64,000 nt of DNA from Tubiluchus corallicola. Lineage: Eukaryota > Animalia > Priapulida. A program made the translations under genes and the position numbers. The notes beneath the pieces are model-generated. The model saw only the letters and a list, made by a program, of their open reading frames with translations, made no database searches and was not told the DNA's origin. The stretch covers positions 1,550,001 through 1,614,000 of the forward strand of contig JAQGDQ010000001.1 in NCBI GenBank assembly GCA_030141605.1, written 5' to 3'. Shown here in pieces: positions 61,098 to 64,000 of the stretch (the first letter of the stretch is position 1; the number at the start of each line of letters is the position of its first letter).

Positions 61098-63674
61098 TCT
61101 GGTCATTAATTAGGAAATGTTGCAGCAAGCCGAAGATTAATATCCGGTGAAAGAACCACTTTCGACGAATATCAAGTTTTTTAAAATATGCCTAATTTTA
61201 CCTGGCAGTTCCTCTTTGCTTTTTAAGTATTAATTCCAAGAAACCAGAATCCATTTGATCTCTGTTAATGCTAGCATACTGTACATAATTTACGAATCTC
61301 CCCTTCTGTTGGATTTGATTTTCTTCTGCTTTGATATCAATCTGCAGCAGTATTTAGAAACGGCTATTATATTGCACAAATGATTGCTAAATTTCTCTAG
61401 TGTAATAGGCTAGCTATCACCATTACTGCCATCTATTGTTAAATTTGCTCATCTTTTCGTTGCAGTAGTTTATAGTATAATATTATTTGTTTGCCTGAAT
61501 TTTATTGTGTAATAATTATTATGATGATTGTTCACATGGTCTTACTTGAATATTTAATAAAAAGCAACTTATATACTTAAAGGGAGAATGTGGCATTATC
61601 TGTGGAACTTTGTACTGTATTACACAAATAAATATAATAATGTTATAGAATTTATATAATATAAATAATGTCATATTATAAGAAAATTATAATATTGCAT
61701 AATCATATAGCCAATTATTTTATATTGTGTGGTATTTTTGTTTATTTGTCTTGCTGCAAAATAATGATTTTTATGAATCAAATGACCATAATTCTAATGG
61801 AATAACGCGCAGACCTGCAATTTCTACAAGTGAAAAATGCATGACATTTTGTAGCAGCTGTTGTACAATGTATAATTACTGTTGTAAAACTCTGCTATAA
61901 AATTTGGTCCAAAATTGCTGCAGAATTGTGTTCAAGAGTTAAAGAATATGTGTTAGTTTATTAGCCTTTTAAGTTAGTTTTTAATCTTTCGATTGTTCTG
62001 CTGTAAGTAACATGTTGCTTTTCTAGTTAAACGCACAAAAATAATTTGATATGTGCTTCAAACTATTAAACCGAGAATTTTTGTTTGTTCTTAAAATACC
62101 GACTGATTTTACAATTCCAGCAGCATCCTGTAGTTACATACGGCAAATTGATTAGTTTCATTAATATTCTATTAATCACACTTTTAATATGGTCTGCTTA
62201 ATCAAGTTCCAACGAACCAACAACATGGATTTATCCACATTTTTTACCCAAGAGCTCTCTAAAAATTGAAAGAATTTTGGCTTCAAGTGAAAGTGGTTAA
62301 AAACAAAATACCATGTACTCAAATGTAAGTAATGTAATGTTGGTGGCTTTCAACATACTTGTTCAAATAATTGTGTATGCATTGTGCAATGTATTTGCTC
62401 AGGTTTATAGCCTATAACATTAATTCATTGATACATTTAAAATCTTATGTTTTAACTGCTAGATGCTCGTAAATTAATCCTCAAGTCATATGACATTTAT
62501 TGTTAATATATTTGACCACAACAAAATAATTTTTATTCCTATCCTTTAAAAATAAGGTTTGTTGTACATAGGTTTTTGTTATAGCTTATCAATGACCCTT
62601 TGCATCCATTAAATTCTTGAAACTTTATACTGTTGATAATAATTATTCATGGCTATCAAATGGTTGTTGAACAGCGAAATAACGTTGTGACTTTATTAAA
62701 ATTACTATGGAAAATTACATTGCCAAAAACTTTGCTGTAAAAATGTCTGTTTTGTCAAAGGAAAAAATACTGTGTATACATATATTTTATATTTTAGTTT
62801 TATTTTAACTGTAAATACATTTTACAATTGTACGAAAAGCGAAAAAACTTAACATTAAGCCGAGTTTGATGTTTTGAAAAGTTTGTGACATCATTGGTGA
62901 TATCATTTTTTCTTAAAGCTTTACCAATGGATACATTAGTTGCTGGTTCAATATATTGGCAGTCCTGTTTCAAGCAGAGCTGCTCACTGGTTTACTTAAA
63001 CAGGGCAACTCTGTGAAAAATGGATATCTGTGAGAGTAGCAAACGTTTACATGTATTAGCCAGTTTAAGTCAAATGCATTACATAGGAATTAAAAGATAC
63101 AAAATTCAGCGTAACGGAGGAAAAGAGAAAGCAAACTGCTTCATTCATAAAATCAAAATCAAAATAAAAAAAAAATTTTGCACAGACCATTGAACACGGT
63201 GCATTAAAATTTAATGACAAGCAGATTTGTTCTCTTGTTCTTGTAATGAAATCAACACCAGTGCATGCAGAGTGACTAATGTACTGTGACGCAAATGCTA
63301 GTTCTGTTCAGCCTCACAGCCTAGAGAATATTTTGAATTGTTCTCGCTAGCTTTTAACTAATAAGAAACCAAAATAATTGAGAAATGGTGGCACTGACAG
63401 TCTTGAGTAAAAAAATCACTAACAAATAAACTTATTAAATTTGATCACACATTAAAAAACGTGAAAACTTATTGTCATCAACATTACGATAAACTGCTTG
63501 TCATATTTCTGGAAGGAAACAAGACGAAAATGCAATGAATTATATCCAGAGAAACCACTAGGACTCGAGATTTCATAAAAGCCAGGAATTCAGAATTATC
63601 CAGATTCGCCTTAAAGCACATTTCACAGCATTAAAAACTAAATATAAATTCAGCAACAAATGCTTTATGAATCA

Positions 63675-64000
63675 TTAGTCCCACTTTTTCCACTCCATTC
63701 CATCTGGTGGTTTAATCTCAGTCTTTTTTGTACCTATCTCACCCCAGTTAGTGCTGAGTACTGTTCCGCCAGACTCCATAAAGGATTTGTTCATCGCACG
63801 CTTTACATCATCACTTCCGTCCCCATAAATCTGCTGAAAAAGTTTATTTAAAGCTGCTTCCCCTTCACCTTTATCTTGCTTTTCTTCTTTTGTTACTTCG
63901 GCTGCTAATTTGTCCCAATCGTGTGATTTTTTGCTTGAACTTGGGTACTTTAAACAGTCATCATGCTGATCTGAGGTAGCCGTAAACTGTTTAACAGAAG
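63675..64000 (-). CDS. SUGT1: SGT1/SUGT1 Hsp90 co-chaperone, C-terminal SGS domain (partial, runs off the window edge)
   Basis: Hand translation: [107 protein letters not shown]. Confidence 0.96.
   Translation of the reverse strand, partial: SVKQFTATSDQHDDCLKYPSSSKKSHDWDKLAAEVTKEEKQDKGEGEAALNKLFQQIYGDGSDDVKRAMNKSFMESGGTVLSTNWGEIGTKKTEIKPPDGMEWKKWD

Noticed and set aside
63660-63851. 63-aa + strand ORF
   Set aside because: Antisense shadow of the SUGT1 exon.

Overview
AT-rich eukaryotic (invertebrate animal) genomic DNA with GT-AG introns; no prokaryotic features or CRISPR. Three conserved genes can be reconstructed by hand: (1) a complete 16-exon Sec1/Munc18 gene (STXBP1/unc-18/Rop; + strand, 3316-29666, 592 aa); (2) a retinoid X receptor gene (RXR/USP; + strand, six secure exons 49928-61097, plus candidate 5' exons at 32357, 38236 and 38534); (3) the 3' end of SGT1/SUGT1 (SGS domain; - strand, 63675 to the window edge), which the ORF track misses. 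Intron 10 of STXBP1 holds a very young antisense Ty3/gypsy (Mag-like) LTR retrotransposon (14202-18902, identical 211-bp LTRs, TCAGT target-site duplication) with a frameshift inside gag. Also present are several LINE remnants, a Tc1 end, MITE/foldback elements (one with tRNA-like arms), two long near-perfect hairpins in RXR introns and an orphan intronless ORF at 1055-1702. I cannot support a clearly new biological system. The best leads are the orphan ORF, the STXBP1-RXR adjacency (both families map to the human MHC paralogon), a duplicated in-frame splice donor in STXBP1, and the tRNA-armed foldback elements.
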